DNA of 64,000 nucleotides from an uncultured Gemmatimonadaceae bacterium (lineage in GTDB: Bacteria; Gemmatimonadota; Gemmatimonadetes; Gemmatimonadales; Gemmatimonadaceae), in assembly GCA_963829055.1 (NCBI GenBank), contig CAWHHI010000003.1, positions 384,001-448,000 on the forward strand. The letters run 5' to 3'. Below are positions 29,066 to 38,989 of this stretch, one piece after another. Under the pieces are notes generated by a model. The model had not been told where the DNA came from. It worked only from the letters and a program-made list of their open reading frames with translations, and ran no database searches. The position numbers and the translations under genes were made by a program. The number at the start of each line of letters is the position of its first letter. Position 1 is the stretch's first letter.

Positions 29066-29509
29066 ATGAAAGCGCGCGAAATCATGTCCAGGAACCCGAC
29101 GTGCGTGACACCAGATACGCCGCTCGTCGACGCAGCACGACTCATGAAAGACGAGAACATCGGCGTGGTCCCTGTTGTCGAGTCGTCAGACTCACGCCGC
29201 CTCGTCGGCGTCCTCACCGACCGCGACATTGCCATCCGCGCTGTCGCTGAAGGTCGAGACGGAGCCACGACGTCCGTCGGCCACGTCATGACATCCGACG
29301 TTCGCACCAGCGCGCCTGACGACTCGGTGAACGACGTGATGGCGCTGATGGGAAGCGAACAGGTTCGGCGTATCCCCATCGTCGACGATCGCGGCGACTT
29401 GGTCGGCATCATCGCGCAGGCCGACATCGTTCTCGAAGGCGAGGACAACAAGAAGGCCGAAGAGACAATCGAGAAGATCTCCGAGCCAAGCGGCAAGCAT
29501 TCACAGTAG
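29066..29509 (+). CDS. CBS domain pair protein
   Basis: AREIMSRNPTCV, LVGVLTDRDIAIR, VRRIPIVD and LVGIIAQADI. Confidence 0.92.
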   Translation: MKAREIMSRNPTCVTPDTPLVDAARLMKDENIGVVPVVESSDSRRLVGVLTDRDIAIRAVAEGRDGATTSVGHVMTSDVRTSAPDDSVNDVMALMGSEQVRRIPIVDDRGDLVGIIAQADIVLEGEDNKKAEETIEKISEPSGKHSQ

Positions 29510-29603
29510 CACAGCGCAGAGTCGCCACGGACGTTCGGACGACGAACCACGACCGGCATTTCGCGCGGTACGAAGTTCGTCGTCCGTCGTTAACTTTGGG
29601 CGC

Positions 29604-30401
29604 ATGTCCTCTGCACCCACCGCCAAAGTCTGCCCGAACTGCTCTGCGGCAACGACCGGCCGCTACTGCGCCGAATGCGGCGCCGCTGTCACCGACGCGA
29701 TCTGCGCCGGATGCCGCTCGCTCCTCTCACCCGGCGCGAAGTTCTGCCACCGCTGCGGCACCGCAGTCGGAACACGACCCGTCGGAACCGCCGAGCCACG
29801 CATCACGGCATCCGCCCTCCCGTGGGCAGTCGCCGCGATCGCGATGCTCGCACTCGTCGCACTCGTCGCCGGACAGCGCTTCGGCGGAACCCGGGTCGCA
29901 TCAGCGCCGGCGCTCCCTTCGGCTGACGGCGGAGCCGGCGCGAGCGCGCCAACCCCCGAAGGCGGCCGCGCACCTGACATCTCCAATCTGTCGCCACGAG
30001 AGCGCGCTGATCGCCTCTACGACCGCGTGATGCGCCTCAGCTCGGAGGGGAAGACCGACAGCGTGCAGTTCTTCTCGCCGATGGCCCTCTCGGTCTACCA
30101 GAGCCTCGGCCCGCTGGATGCGGATCTCCGCTACGACTTCGGCCGGGTCGCCGAGGTTGCTGGCGCCGCCGGCATCGCTCGCGCGCAGGCCGACACCATC
30201 CTCGCTGCGGATTCGACTCACCTCCTGGGTCTCGTGCTCGGCGTCCGCGCCTCGCAGCTCACCGGTGATTCGGCCGCCGCGCGCGGTTTCGCTCGTCGGC
30301 TCCTCGCCGCGGAGCCGACGGAATCCGCGAAGCGACTCCCCGAATACGAACGCCACCAGGGTGACATCCTCGAGGCACTCGCGGAGGCTCGGCGGAAGTA
30401 A
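29604..30401 (+). CDS. double zinc-ribbon membrane protein
   Basis: CPNC, CAECG, CAGC and CHRCG; one TM helix; helical C-terminus. Confidence 0.82.
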   Translation: MSSAPTAKVCPNCSAATTGRYCAECGAAVTDAICAGCRSLLSPGAKFCHRCGTAVGTRPVGTAEPRITASALPWAVAAIAMLALVALVAGQRFGGTRVASAPALPSADGGAGASAPTPEGGRAPDISNLSPRERADRLYDRVMRLSSEGKTDSVQFFSPMALSVYQSLGPLDADLRYDFGRVAEVAGAAGIARAQADTILAADSTHLLGLVLGVRASQLTGDSAAARGFARRLLAAEPTESAKRLPEYERHQGDILEALAEARRK

Positions 30402-30466
30402 TCCGCCTCGCCGCCTTCGCGTCACACCGCCTCACCGAGGCCCTTCTCTCGAATCCGCTTTCCGCA

Positions 30467-31297
30467 ATGAAGATCCACGTCGCCCACAGCCCCGACTCCG
30501 ACGACGCGTTCATGTTCTACGCGCTCGCCGACGGGTTGATCGATACCGAAGGACTCGAATACGTCCACGAGCTCCAGGACATCGAATCGCTCAACCAGCG
30601 CGCCATGCGCGGCGAGCTCGAAGTCACGGCGGTGTCCATACATGCTTACGCGTACCTCAGCGATCGCTACGCCCTGCTCCCGCACGGTGCATCCATGGGT
30701 GATCGCTATGGACCTCGGCTGGTTGGCCGCTCACCGGCGAGTCGCGCCGACGTGAAGGGAAAACGGGTCGCGATCCCGGGACCACTCACCAGCGCGTACC
30801 TCGCCCTCAGGCTCTACGAGCCGGATTTTCACCCTGTCCCGACGCCATTCGACGAGATCGAGGACCGCGTCGCTGATGGGGATGTCGATCTCGGACTCCT
30901 CATCCACGAAGGCCAGCTCACCTTCGCCGAACGCGGGCTTCACCTCGTCGTCGATCTGGGCGAATGGTGGTTCTCTGAGACCGGATTGCCCCTCCCACTC
31001 GGCGGCAACGTTGTGCGGAAGGACCTCGGAGCAGACCTGACGAAGAAGATATCCAAGCACCTTCGAGCCAGCATAGCGTATGGATTGGAACACAGGACGA
31101 AGGCTCTCGATCACGCCATGCAGTATGCACGCGGCCTCGACCGCTCGAAGGCGGACACCTTCGTCGGCATGTACGTCAATGACTGGACGCTCGACTACGG
31201 CCAGCGTGGACGTGATGCGGTACGGTTGTTCTTGGAACGGGGCGTTGCCGCAGGCGTCATCGGCCGCAACGTTACCATCGAGTTCGTAGACGATTGA
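30467..31297 (+). CDS. mqnD: 1,4-dihydroxy-6-naphthoate synthase (futalosine pathway)
   Basis: AHSPDSDDAFMFYAL, DIESLN, LLIHEGQLT, DLGEWW...GLPLPLGG and MYVN. Confidence 0.9.
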   Translation: MKIHVAHSPDSDDAFMFYALADGLIDTEGLEYVHELQDIESLNQRAMRGELEVTAVSIHAYAYLSDRYALLPHGASMGDRYGPRLVGRSPASRADVKGKRVAIPGPLTSAYLALRLYEPDFHPVPTPFDEIEDRVADGDVDLGLLIHEGQLTFAERGLHLVVDLGEWWFSETGLPLPLGGNVVRKDLGADLTKKISKHLRASIAYGLEHRTKALDHAMQYARGLDRSKADTFVGMYVNDWTLDYGQRGRDAVRLFLERGVAAGVIGRNVTIEFVDD

Positions 31298-31366
31298 TTC
31301 TGGCTGAGCCCGGTGAGCTTACCATATTGCGGGACACGGTGTTGCGGCCCGACATTCGAGTGAGGG

Positions 31367-34300
31367 TTGCACGCGGCCGTAATCAGGCGTCACCGCTATG
31401 CGGCCTCAGCGCTCCACTCGTGCGGCCCAGGCCGCTGCTCGTCGTCCCGGCTCGTCGGTAGATCCGTGTCGCCACCGCGTCGCTCCAACCTCGCGCTCGA
31501 GAACGCCCATCGCAGTGGTGGGTCAGCCAGGCATCCCCTGGTGTCCGTCGCCGCCATTGGCGACTACCTCGCGGAAGGCGCGATCACGGTCAACGCGCGC
31601 GGCGCCGTCACGTACGCCAACCGCGTCGCCACCGGCCTTCTCGGCCTGCGGGCCGAGTCCCTGCTCGGCCGGGATGTGCTCTCACTTGCCGGGCCCACTC
31701 ACGGCGACGCCACCTCGCAGTTTGCGCGTGCGCTCAGCGAAGTTCTGGAGCGCGGACTCGAGCAGATCCTGACGGTCAACGACACGGACGCCGCGCCCGT
31801 GTTCAACGTCGACTACTGCCGGCTGCTGCCCATCGCCGACGGCGGCGCGTTGATCCTCCTCGGCGAGACCATGTCGCCGAGTGTCTCCGAGCAGCTGTCC
31901 CGGGCGCGAGCCCTGGCCGAGATCCTCCAGAGCATCAACCAGTCGCTCGAGGTCGAGCGCGTTCTGCAGCTTCTCGCCAAGCATTCGGCCGAGCTGCTCG
32001 CGGGCGGCGCCGCTCATGTGCTGCTGCTCGAAGACGATGACCTACGACCCGCCGCCTCGTTCGGAACGAGCGGCGGCGCAGTCGGAGGACTACGGGAATC
32101 GGATCAGGCGTTGGCTGCCGAGGCGGTTCGAGCGCGGCGCGCGGTGCGCGCCGACGATCTCGACGCGACCACGCACGAACGCGCCGCTGCGACCGCCGTG
32201 GAGCCGCAGCAGCGCGGCCGCATTGGCGCGGTCGCTGCGCCTCTGCAGATCGGCGGACGGCCGATCGGCGCGGTCGTGGTCATCAACAAGCCCGAGCGGC
32301 AGTTCTCGGAACACGAAGAGCAGCTGCTCATCACACTCGCCACGCACGGCGCGATAGCGCTCGAGAACGCGAAGCTGTACCGCGCCGCGGCACAGACCGC
32401 GCGCCACGCGGGCATCCTCGCGGCAACCGCGCGCACACTGACCTTCAACGTCTCAGCGGAAACCCTCTACGCGGGCCTCGCACGGCTCGTGACGGAGTCA
32501 CTGCGAGCGGACGGCTTCAGTATTCACGCGGCGGACGCCGCGTACGAGCAGGTGACGCTGCTGCACAGCCAGGGCAGCGGCGCCGAGGCGCCTAACGCGA
32601 ACGTCGAGATCTTCTGGGATACGCCGGCAGGAACTACCATGCGATCCGGCGCGCCTCTGTTCGTGGGCGACGTGTCTGCCGACGCGTCCGCGCAGCCGGA
32701 CCCCGGCGCCCGCGACGATGCGACCGCGCGCACCACGCGCGGCTCCATGGCGGTCCTGCCGCTCATCATCGAAGGACGCCCGCGCGGCGTTCTCACGCTG
32801 CGGTTCCGGCACCCGCGTGACTTCGACGATCGCGAGCGCACGCTGCTCGTCGATTTCTCCACCGCCGTCGCCGTGGCCATGCGCAACGCCTCGCTCGTTG
32901 GAGACCTCGAGCGGCGTGCTACGCGACTCTCGGCCGTCGCGAAGGTGCAGCTCGCAATGTCACGCACCGAGCTCCACGACGTCTACGCCGAGATCTATCG
33001 CGCGGTCGCGTCCTCGGTGTCGAACGCCACGTGCTTCGCGCTGGTCCTCGCCGATCAGAGCGCGTCGCTCTTCCGACCACAGCTCATCGTGGTCGACGGC
33101 ATCGTGACGTGGTCACCCGCGCTGCCCGCAGTGCCACTCACCGAGTGCGCCGCGTCGATCGCGCTGCGCACCGGCCAGACCGTCGTCTCGAATCAACCGG
33201 TGCGGTCGTGGGGCGCGCTCGTTCCGGGGACCGCCGCGACGCTCGCGTCGCAGCTGGTGTCGGAGATCGCCATCCCGATGGTGCATGGCGATCACACGCT
33301 CGGCGTCCTGATCGTACAGTCGGAAAAGCGCGGGGCGTTCAGCGACGAAGACCTCGAGCTCCTCTCCATCATCGCTCGTCAGGCAGGCGTCGCCATCGAG
33401 AACGCCCGCCTGTTCGAGTTGCAGCGCGCCGAGCGCGAGATGGCGGAAGCGGCAGCACGCGTCGCGCGCATCGCCCTGTCGAGCACGACTGCCGCGGACG
33501 CCGCCGCGGCCATCCTCGACGTGGTCGGCGACGTGGTGTCGCTCGCGGGCGCCGCGATCGGCCTCCTGCACCGAGACGACTCCGTCGTCTACGTGAGCGC
33601 CACCGGCAGCTCGCATTCGGCGGTCGGCAGACGCGTGCCGCTCGTCGCGAGTGTCGCCCGTGACGTGTTGCCGTCACAGGCCGACCGCCCGACCGGAGAC
33701 GCCGCCGCGGCGCCTAACGAGCAACGAGAGGAACCGCGCGACGAGGAGCTCTCCCGCGGCGGCGTGGTGTTGCCGCTGGCCGCCAAGAACCGAATGCTCG
33801 GCGTCCTCACAGCGGCCGCGCGGCCTGGCAGCACCCTGCCCCAGGCCGACATCGACGCGCTCCGCCGGCTCGCGTCCTCGATCGCGCTCGCCATCGACGT
33901 CCAGCTGCTCGGAGAAGGTGAGCGACATCGGCGTGAGCGAGAGCGCATGCTGGCGACGGCCCTGGCGACGATGGACCAGCCAGTGTTCGTGCTCGCGCTC
34001 GACCGGCGCGTGCTGTACGCGAACGACGCCGCTGTTCGCGAGTACGGCTATAGTCTCGACGAGCTCACCACGATGTCGGTGGACGTGTTCGTTGCCTCCG
34101 CGGTGCCCATTCGCGCCAGCGACGACCTCTCGCGCACGCCGGCGAACGTCGTCATCGCCGAACACGTGCACCGCCGGCGAGACGGGTCACAGTTCCCGGC
34201 CACGGTCGCGCTCAGCTTCATCCGACAGGACAACGGAGCGCCGATCGGGCAAGTGCTCAGCGTCCGCAACCTGACCGATGAGCGTCGTATCGCCGAGCAG

Positions 34301-35011
34301 TTACGTCAGAGCGAGAAGCTCGCCGCGTTAGGCGAGCTCGTCGCTGGCGTCGCGCACGAGCTGAACAACCCGCTTGCCGGCATCTCGGCCTTCGCCCAGC
34401 TCCTGCTCGAGGAAGAGCTGGACGCAGATCAGCGCGAGTCGGCGCGCCTGATCAAGCGCGAGGCCGACCGCGCCGTGGGCGTGATCCGCGACCTGCTGCT
34501 GTTCTCGAGGAAGACCGGGCCGAGCGTCGGGCCAGTGGACCTGAATGCGCTCGTGCAGTTCACGCTGCGCCTGCGAGCCTACAGTTTGCGGTCCTCGGGT
34601 GTCGAGGTCGAGACGAACCTCGACCCGTCCCTTCCCGAGCTCTCGGGCGATGATCAGAAGCTGCAGCAGGTGATCCTCAACCTGATCGTCAACGCCGAAT
34701 ACGCCATGCGGCGAACGCCGACGAAGCGTCTCGTGATCCGGACGGCCTGGGAGGGGGATACGGTCGTCACCGAGGTGTCGGACACCGGAACCGGGATGTC
34801 CGAGGAGACGCTCCAGCGGGTGTTCGAACCGTTCTTCACGACCAAACCAGCTGGCGACGGAACCGGGTTAGGGCTCAGCGTGAGTTACGGCATCGTCGAG
34901 GCCCACGGAGGAATCATCACCGTCGAGAGTGCGCCTGGACGGGGGACGAGCTTTCGCATCGTCCTGCCGGTGCCCCGCGCCCACTCGGAATCCCGCGGCC
35001 GATCCGCGTGA
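31367..35011 (+). CDS. cytoplasmic PAS/multi-GAF histidine kinase (true start probably downstream)
   Basis: Repeated GAF ends (AIALENA, GVAIENA); QSEKLAALGELVAGVAHELNNPL; FEPFFTTK. Confidence 0.92.
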   Translation: MHAAVIRRHRYAASALHSCGPGRCSSSRLVGRSVSPPRRSNLALENAHRSGGSARHPLVSVAAIGDYLAEGAITVNARGAVTYANRVATGLLGLRAESLLGRDVLSLAGPTHGDATSQFARALSEVLERGLEQILTVNDTDAAPVFNVDYCRLLPIADGGALILLGETMSPSVSEQLSRARALAEILQSINQSLEVERVLQLLAKHSAELLAGGAAHVLLLEDDDLRPAASFGTSGGAVGGLRESDQALAAEAVRARRAVRADDLDATTHERAAATAVEPQQRGRIGAVAAPLQIGGRPIGAVVVINKPERQFSEHEEQLLITLATHGAIALENAKLYRAAAQTARHAGILAATARTLTFNVSAETLYAGLARLVTESLRADGFSIHAADAAYEQVTLLHSQGSGAEAPNANVEIFWDTPAGTTMRSGAPLFVGDVSADASAQPDPGARDDATARTTRGSMAVLPLIIEGRPRGVLTLRFRHPRDFDDRERTLLVDFSTAVAVAMRNASLVGDLERRATRLSAVAKVQLAMSRTELHDVYAEIYRAVASSVSNATCFALVLADQSASLFRPQLIVVDGIVTWSPALPAVPLTECAASIALRTGQTVVSNQPVRSWGALVPGTAATLASQLVSEIAIPMVHGDHTLGVLIVQSEKRGAFSDEDLELLSIIARQAGVAIENARLFELQRAEREMAEAAARVARIALSSTTAADAAAAILDVVGDVVSLAGAAIGLLHRDDSVVYVSATGSSHSAVGRRVPLVASVARDVLPSQADRPTGDAAAAPNEQREEPRDEELSRGGVVLPLAAKNRMLGVLTAAARPGSTLPQADIDALRRLASSIALAIDVQLLGEGERHRRERERMLATALATMDQPVFVLALDRRVLYANDAAVREYGYSLDELTTMSVDVFVASAVPIRASDDLSRTPANVVIAEHVHRRRDGSQFPATVALSFIRQDNGAPIGQVLSVRNLTDERRIAEQLRQSEKLAALGELVAGVAHELNNPLAGISAFAQLLLEEELDADQRESARLIKREADRAVGVIRDLLLFSRKTGPSVGPVDLNALVQFTLRLRAYSLRSSGVEVETNLDPSLPELSGDDQKLQQVILNLIVNAEYAMRRTPTKRLVIRTAWEGDTVVTEVSDTGTGMSEETLQRVFEPFFTTKPAGDGTGLGLSVSYGIVEAHGGIITVESAPGRGTSFRIVLPVPRAHSESRGRSA

Positions 35012-36114
35012 CGCCGAAGATACCGACACCGCCGAATGGCGGGTTGACCAATCGCGTCATCGGAGACGGTGGCCCGTGGCGTGTCCTCATCGTCGATGAC
35101 GAAGAGACCATTCGGCTCGCGCTCTCCAAGTTCCTGCGCACGCGTGGGTACAACGTACAGACGGCCGAATCCGGCGCCGCCGCGCTCGATCTGCTCCAGC
35201 GCGGGAAGTACGTGCTGATGCTCTGCGACGTGCGCATGCCGGGCCTGAGTGGAGTCGACTTGGTGCCGCGCGCCCTCGCCATCGATCCCGAGCTCGCGAT
35301 CGTGATGTTGACCGCGGTCAACGACGCCCCGACGGCCGCCGAGGTCCTGTCGGCCGGCGCGATGGACTACCTGATGAAGCCCATCGAGCTGACCGATCTG
35401 CAACAGGCCCTCGAGCGCGTGCTCCATCGGCGGGGCCTCTCGATCGAGCAACGGAACGTCGAACGCCTCATCCGCGAGGAGGTCGCGCTTCGCACGGCCG
35501 AGTTGGAGCGCGAAAAGCTCGCGCTCCGCGCCCTCAGCATCGATGTCGTCGAGGCACTCATCAACGCGCTCGAGGCGAGGGATGTATACCTGCGTGGCCA
35601 CTCACAGAGAGTCGCACACCTCGCCGCGGCCATCGCGCAGGACATGGGGCTCGACGCGGATACGGTCGAAGAGATTCGCCTGGCCGGCCGGCTCCACGAC
35701 GTCGGGAAGATCGGCATTCGCGAGTCCGTGTTGAACAAGCCCGGGCCGCTGACTACGGAGGAGTTCGACCACGTCCGCACGCACGTTCGTATTGGGGTCG
35801 ACATCCTCACGCCACTCCGTCACCTCGGACAGGCCGTGCTGTACGTGCACGACCATCACGAGCATTGGGATGGCGGCGGCTACCCACGGGGTCTTGCGGG
35901 CGAGAACATTTCGCTCGGCGGGCGCATTCTGTGCGCTGCCGACGCGTTCGACGCCCTGACGTCGCTGCGCTCCTATCGCGGCGCGTTGACCCCCGAGGCG
36001 ACGATCGATTACCTCGCCGCACACAGCGGTGGCTTGATCGATCCCTCGGTGTTCGACGTGCTGGCCACTGTCGTCCGTCGTGGCCGCGCCCTCGTCTTCA
36101 TCGACGACGTCTGA
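35008..36114 (+). CDS. response regulator with HD-GYP phosphodiesterase domain
   Basis: REC domain; HSQRV, LHDVGKIG and HHEHWDGGGYP; overlaps the kinase stop. Confidence 0.93.
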   Translation: MTPKIPTPPNGGLTNRVIGDGGPWRVLIVDDEETIRLALSKFLRTRGYNVQTAESGAAALDLLQRGKYVLMLCDVRMPGLSGVDLVPRALAIDPELAIVMLTAVNDAPTAAEVLSAGAMDYLMKPIELTDLQQALERVLHRRGLSIEQRNVERLIREEVALRTAELEREKLALRALSIDVVEALINALEARDVYLRGHSQRVAHLAAAIAQDMGLDADTVEEIRLAGRLHDVGKIGIRESVLNKPGPLTTEEFDHVRTHVRIGVDILTPLRHLGQAVLYVHDHHEHWDGGGYPRGLAGENISLGGRILCAADAFDALTSLRSYRGALTPEATIDYLAAHSGGLIDPSVFDVLATVVRRGRALVFIDDV

Positions 36115-36221
36115 TCGCCCGACGCCCGACGCGGTTCAGCGGTCCAACGATCGATAGGACGCACCGCGCCGGATGTGTCGTATTCCCATCGATTTCCGCC
36201 TGACCGACGTATTAAGCAGAC

Positions 36222-37667
36222 ATGTCTCTTTACCGTTTTTCCCTCGCCATCGCTGCGCTTGCAGCGTCCGCGTTCCAGAGTCACGCTCAGGCGCGCGACA
36301 TTCGTACGGGTACACCGTCCGACACCATCCGCCTCGCGATCGACGAGGCGGTTTCGCGCGCCGTTCGTCAGAGCGACGAAACGCGCCTGTCCTCGGCCCA
36401 GGTCGAGGTCACGGAAGCCCAGATCACGACTGCCCGCGCCGCCGGTCTGCCACAGATCCGGATCAACGGAGCCTACACACAGGTCATAGAAAACGCCCGC
36501 GCCAACATCGTCGGGTCCGTGTTCGCCCAGGCTTTCACGTACAACTCGAACGCGAACATCTCGCAGACGATCTTCCAGGGCGGCCGCATTTTCGCAAGCA
36601 CGCGGGCAGCTGCGGATGCTCGCCGGGCGGCCCGGTTCGACCAGGCCAATGTTCAGGCCCGCGTCTCGGTTGATATTCAGCGCGCCTACTTCCTGGCACT
36701 GCTGAGCGATCGCCTGTACGAGATCCAGATCCGCAACCTCGCCCTCGCCGATGAGCGACTCAAGCAGGTCGAGCGTCTGGCGGCTGGTGGCCGTGCCGCA
36801 CGCTATGACGTGCTCCGCGCTCGCGTGGAGCGCACGAACCTCGAGCCGGGCCTCATTCAGGCGCGCAGCGATCGCGATCTCGCGCTGCTCGAGGTAAAAC
36901 GGATCCTGAACCTTCCGGTCAAGCAGCCGCTCGTCCTGACGAGCGCGCTCGACCCAGAAGGGCTGCAGACCTTTATCGCGACGGTCGCCAACGACTCGAC
37001 AGCCGACCCGCTCCGCGCGTCGGTCCGCGCCGCCGAATCGATCGTCGAAGCCCGCGGCGAAGGCATTCGCGTGGCCCGCGCCGACCTGATGCCTACCGTG
37101 TCCGCGTTCTTTCAGACCGGCTACCTGGCTCTTCCGTCGAGCAACGGGTTGCCGACAAACTGGGGACAGGCCGGGTCGACGATCTGCCCGCCCGGCTCAG
37201 CACCCAACCGTATCTGTCAGAACAACGGCTGGTTCCCCGACCGGAACTTTGGTGTACAGATTTCCTGGGCGCTATTCGACGGGTTCCGCGCGAAAGGAAA
37301 CATCGACCTCGCGCAAGCCAACCGGCGAGTCGCCGAGCTGCAGCTGTCCCAGGAGCGGGAGGCGGTCGAGGTGGAACGTGCGCAGGCTCGTGCCGAATTC
37401 GCGCGCGCTCGGTCCGCGTATGACGCACAACACGACAACGCGCGTGAGGCAGAAGAGGCCTACCGCCTTGCCGCGTTGCGATTCGAGCGCGGTCTGGACA
37501 CCCAGCTCGATGCGTCGGCGGTGCAATTGCAACTCCTCGTCGCGAAAACGAACGAGGCCCGCTCCATCTTCGACCTCTACATCGCGGCTGCAGATCTCGC
37601 GCGCGCACGTGGACTTCCCGTCCCGCTACCGCCTACGCGTCCCGTAACCGCTCCTCCTTCTCGCTGA
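36222..37667 (+). CDS. TolC family outer-membrane efflux protein
   Basis: Signal peptide, OEP-type repeats, first gene of the efflux operon. Confidence 0.88.
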   Translation: MSLYRFSLAIAALAASAFQSHAQARDIRTGTPSDTIRLAIDEAVSRAVRQSDETRLSSAQVEVTEAQITTARAAGLPQIRINGAYTQVIENARANIVGSVFAQAFTYNSNANISQTIFQGGRIFASTRAAADARRAARFDQANVQARVSVDIQRAYFLALLSDRLYEIQIRNLALADERLKQVERLAAGGRAARYDVLRARVERTNLEPGLIQARSDRDLALLEVKRILNLPVKQPLVLTSALDPEGLQTFIATVANDSTADPLRASVRAAESIVEARGEGIRVARADLMPTVSAFFQTGYLALPSSNGLPTNWGQAGSTICPPGSAPNRICQNNGWFPDRNFGVQISWALFDGFRAKGNIDLAQANRRVAELQLSQEREAVEVERAQARAEFARARSAYDAQHDNAREAEEAYRLAALRFERGLDTQLDASAVQLQLLVAKTNEARSIFDLYIAAADLARARGLPVPLPPTRPVTAPPSR

Positions 37668-37685
37668 TCTCTGCTCACATCGCTT

Positions 37686-38930
37686 GTGTCGATAGCATCG
37701 CTCCTGCGTTCGCCCGCCGTGATCGTCGCGGCCACCGCTCTTGTCGTTACCGCGTGCTCGAAGGAGGCCGGAGACGGAACTCCCGCGTCCGCCGCAGCCG
37801 CTACTACCAAGTCCGACCGCGGTGGTGAGAAAGGCGGCGCACCTGGCGCTGCCGGCGCGCGGCGTACGAACTCCATCATTCTCGCGGCGAGCGACGTCAA
37901 GACGGTCGATCGTGGTACCATCGAGGCCGGCGTCTCGATCTCGGGCGATCTCAAGGCGATCGAAGAAGCCGTGGTCCGTGCCCGCCTCGAGGGTGACCTC
38001 GTGGGTGTCTACGTCCGCGAAGGTGACCGCGTCACCTCGGGCCAGCTGCTCGCGAAGTTCGAAGACAGCGAGCAGGAGAGCAACCATACGTCCGCAATCG
38101 CCGACCGCGAATCGGCACAGAGCGACCTCGAGACAGCCAAGTGGAACGCCGAGCAGGCCGACCAGCTGTTCAAGGCTGGCGCTATTGCCGAGCGCGATCT
38201 GCGCACCGCGCAACAGACGTTCGCCGCGAGCCGAGCTCGGCTCGCGGCTGCCGAGGCGCGGGTTCGCGCGACGATGTCGTTGTTGAGCGACACGCGCGCG
38301 GTCGCGCCCACCACCGGGGTCGTCGCCAGGCGCGGTGTCGAGAACGGTGAGCACGTCGCGCGCGGGGCAGAGATGTTCACGGTCGTTCGTTCGGATGTCC
38401 TCGAGCTCGGGGCTGCCGTGCCAGCACGTCAGGCGGGCGAGATCAAGGTCGGACAGCGCGTACACTTCGCCGCCGGCGGGCGGGACTTCGAGGGGCGCGT
38501 CGCGCGGATCAGCCCCACCATCGATCCCACGAACCGGTCCATCACCGTCTACATGCAGGTGCCTAACGTCGGCGGGGTGCTCAAGGCGAACTCGTTCTCC
38601 ACGGGTCGCATCGTCTCGCGCACCGTCGATGGCGCGATCGTCATTCCTAACGCGGCGATCCGTCAGGCCCAGGGCAACGACAAGCCGTTCGTCTACCGCC
38701 TCGACGCGACCGACGCGCTCGAGCGCGCGCCGGTCAGCGTCGGCATCGTGGACGAGAGCCAGGCGATCGCCGAGATCGTCGAAGGCCTCAAACCCGGCGA
38801 CCGCATCATCGTCGGCAACGTCGGCACGCTCGGCGCCGGTATGAAGGTGACCATCGCCGGCGGCGGCGAAGGCGCGAACGGGGAACGCGGAGCCGGCACG
38901 CGACGGCCCGGTGCTCCACCAGGACCCTAA
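37686..38930 (+). CDS. RND efflux periplasmic adaptor (MFP)
   Basis: Lipobox VTAC; VREGDRVTSGQLLA; APTTGVV; GLKPGDRII. Confidence 0.92.
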   Translation: MSIASLLRSPAVIVAATALVVTACSKEAGDGTPASAAAATTKSDRGGEKGGAPGAAGARRTNSIILAASDVKTVDRGTIEAGVSISGDLKAIEEAVVRARLEGDLVGVYVREGDRVTSGQLLAKFEDSEQESNHTSAIADRESAQSDLETAKWNAEQADQLFKAGAIAERDLRTAQQTFAASRARLAAAEARVRATMSLLSDTRAVAPTTGVVARRGVENGEHVARGAEMFTVVRSDVLELGAAVPARQAGEIKVGQRVHFAAGGRDFEGRVARISPTIDPTNRSITVYMQVPNVGGVLKANSFSTGRIVSRTVDGAIVIPNAAIRQAQGNDKPFVYRLDATDALERAPVSVGIVDESQAIAEIVEGLKPGDRIIVGNVGTLGAGMKVTIAGGGEGANGERGAGTRRPGAPPGP

Positions 38931-38952
38931 CGAGCAGCCGCGCAGCCGCCGG

Positions 38953-38980
38953 TTCCCGCTTCCCAGTTCCCTGTTCCCGG
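38953..38980 (+). repeat. TTCCCNN heptamer array
   Basis: TTCCCGC TTCCCAG TTCCCTG TTCCCGG. Confidence 0.6.
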
Positions 38981-38989
38981 TCTCACTCG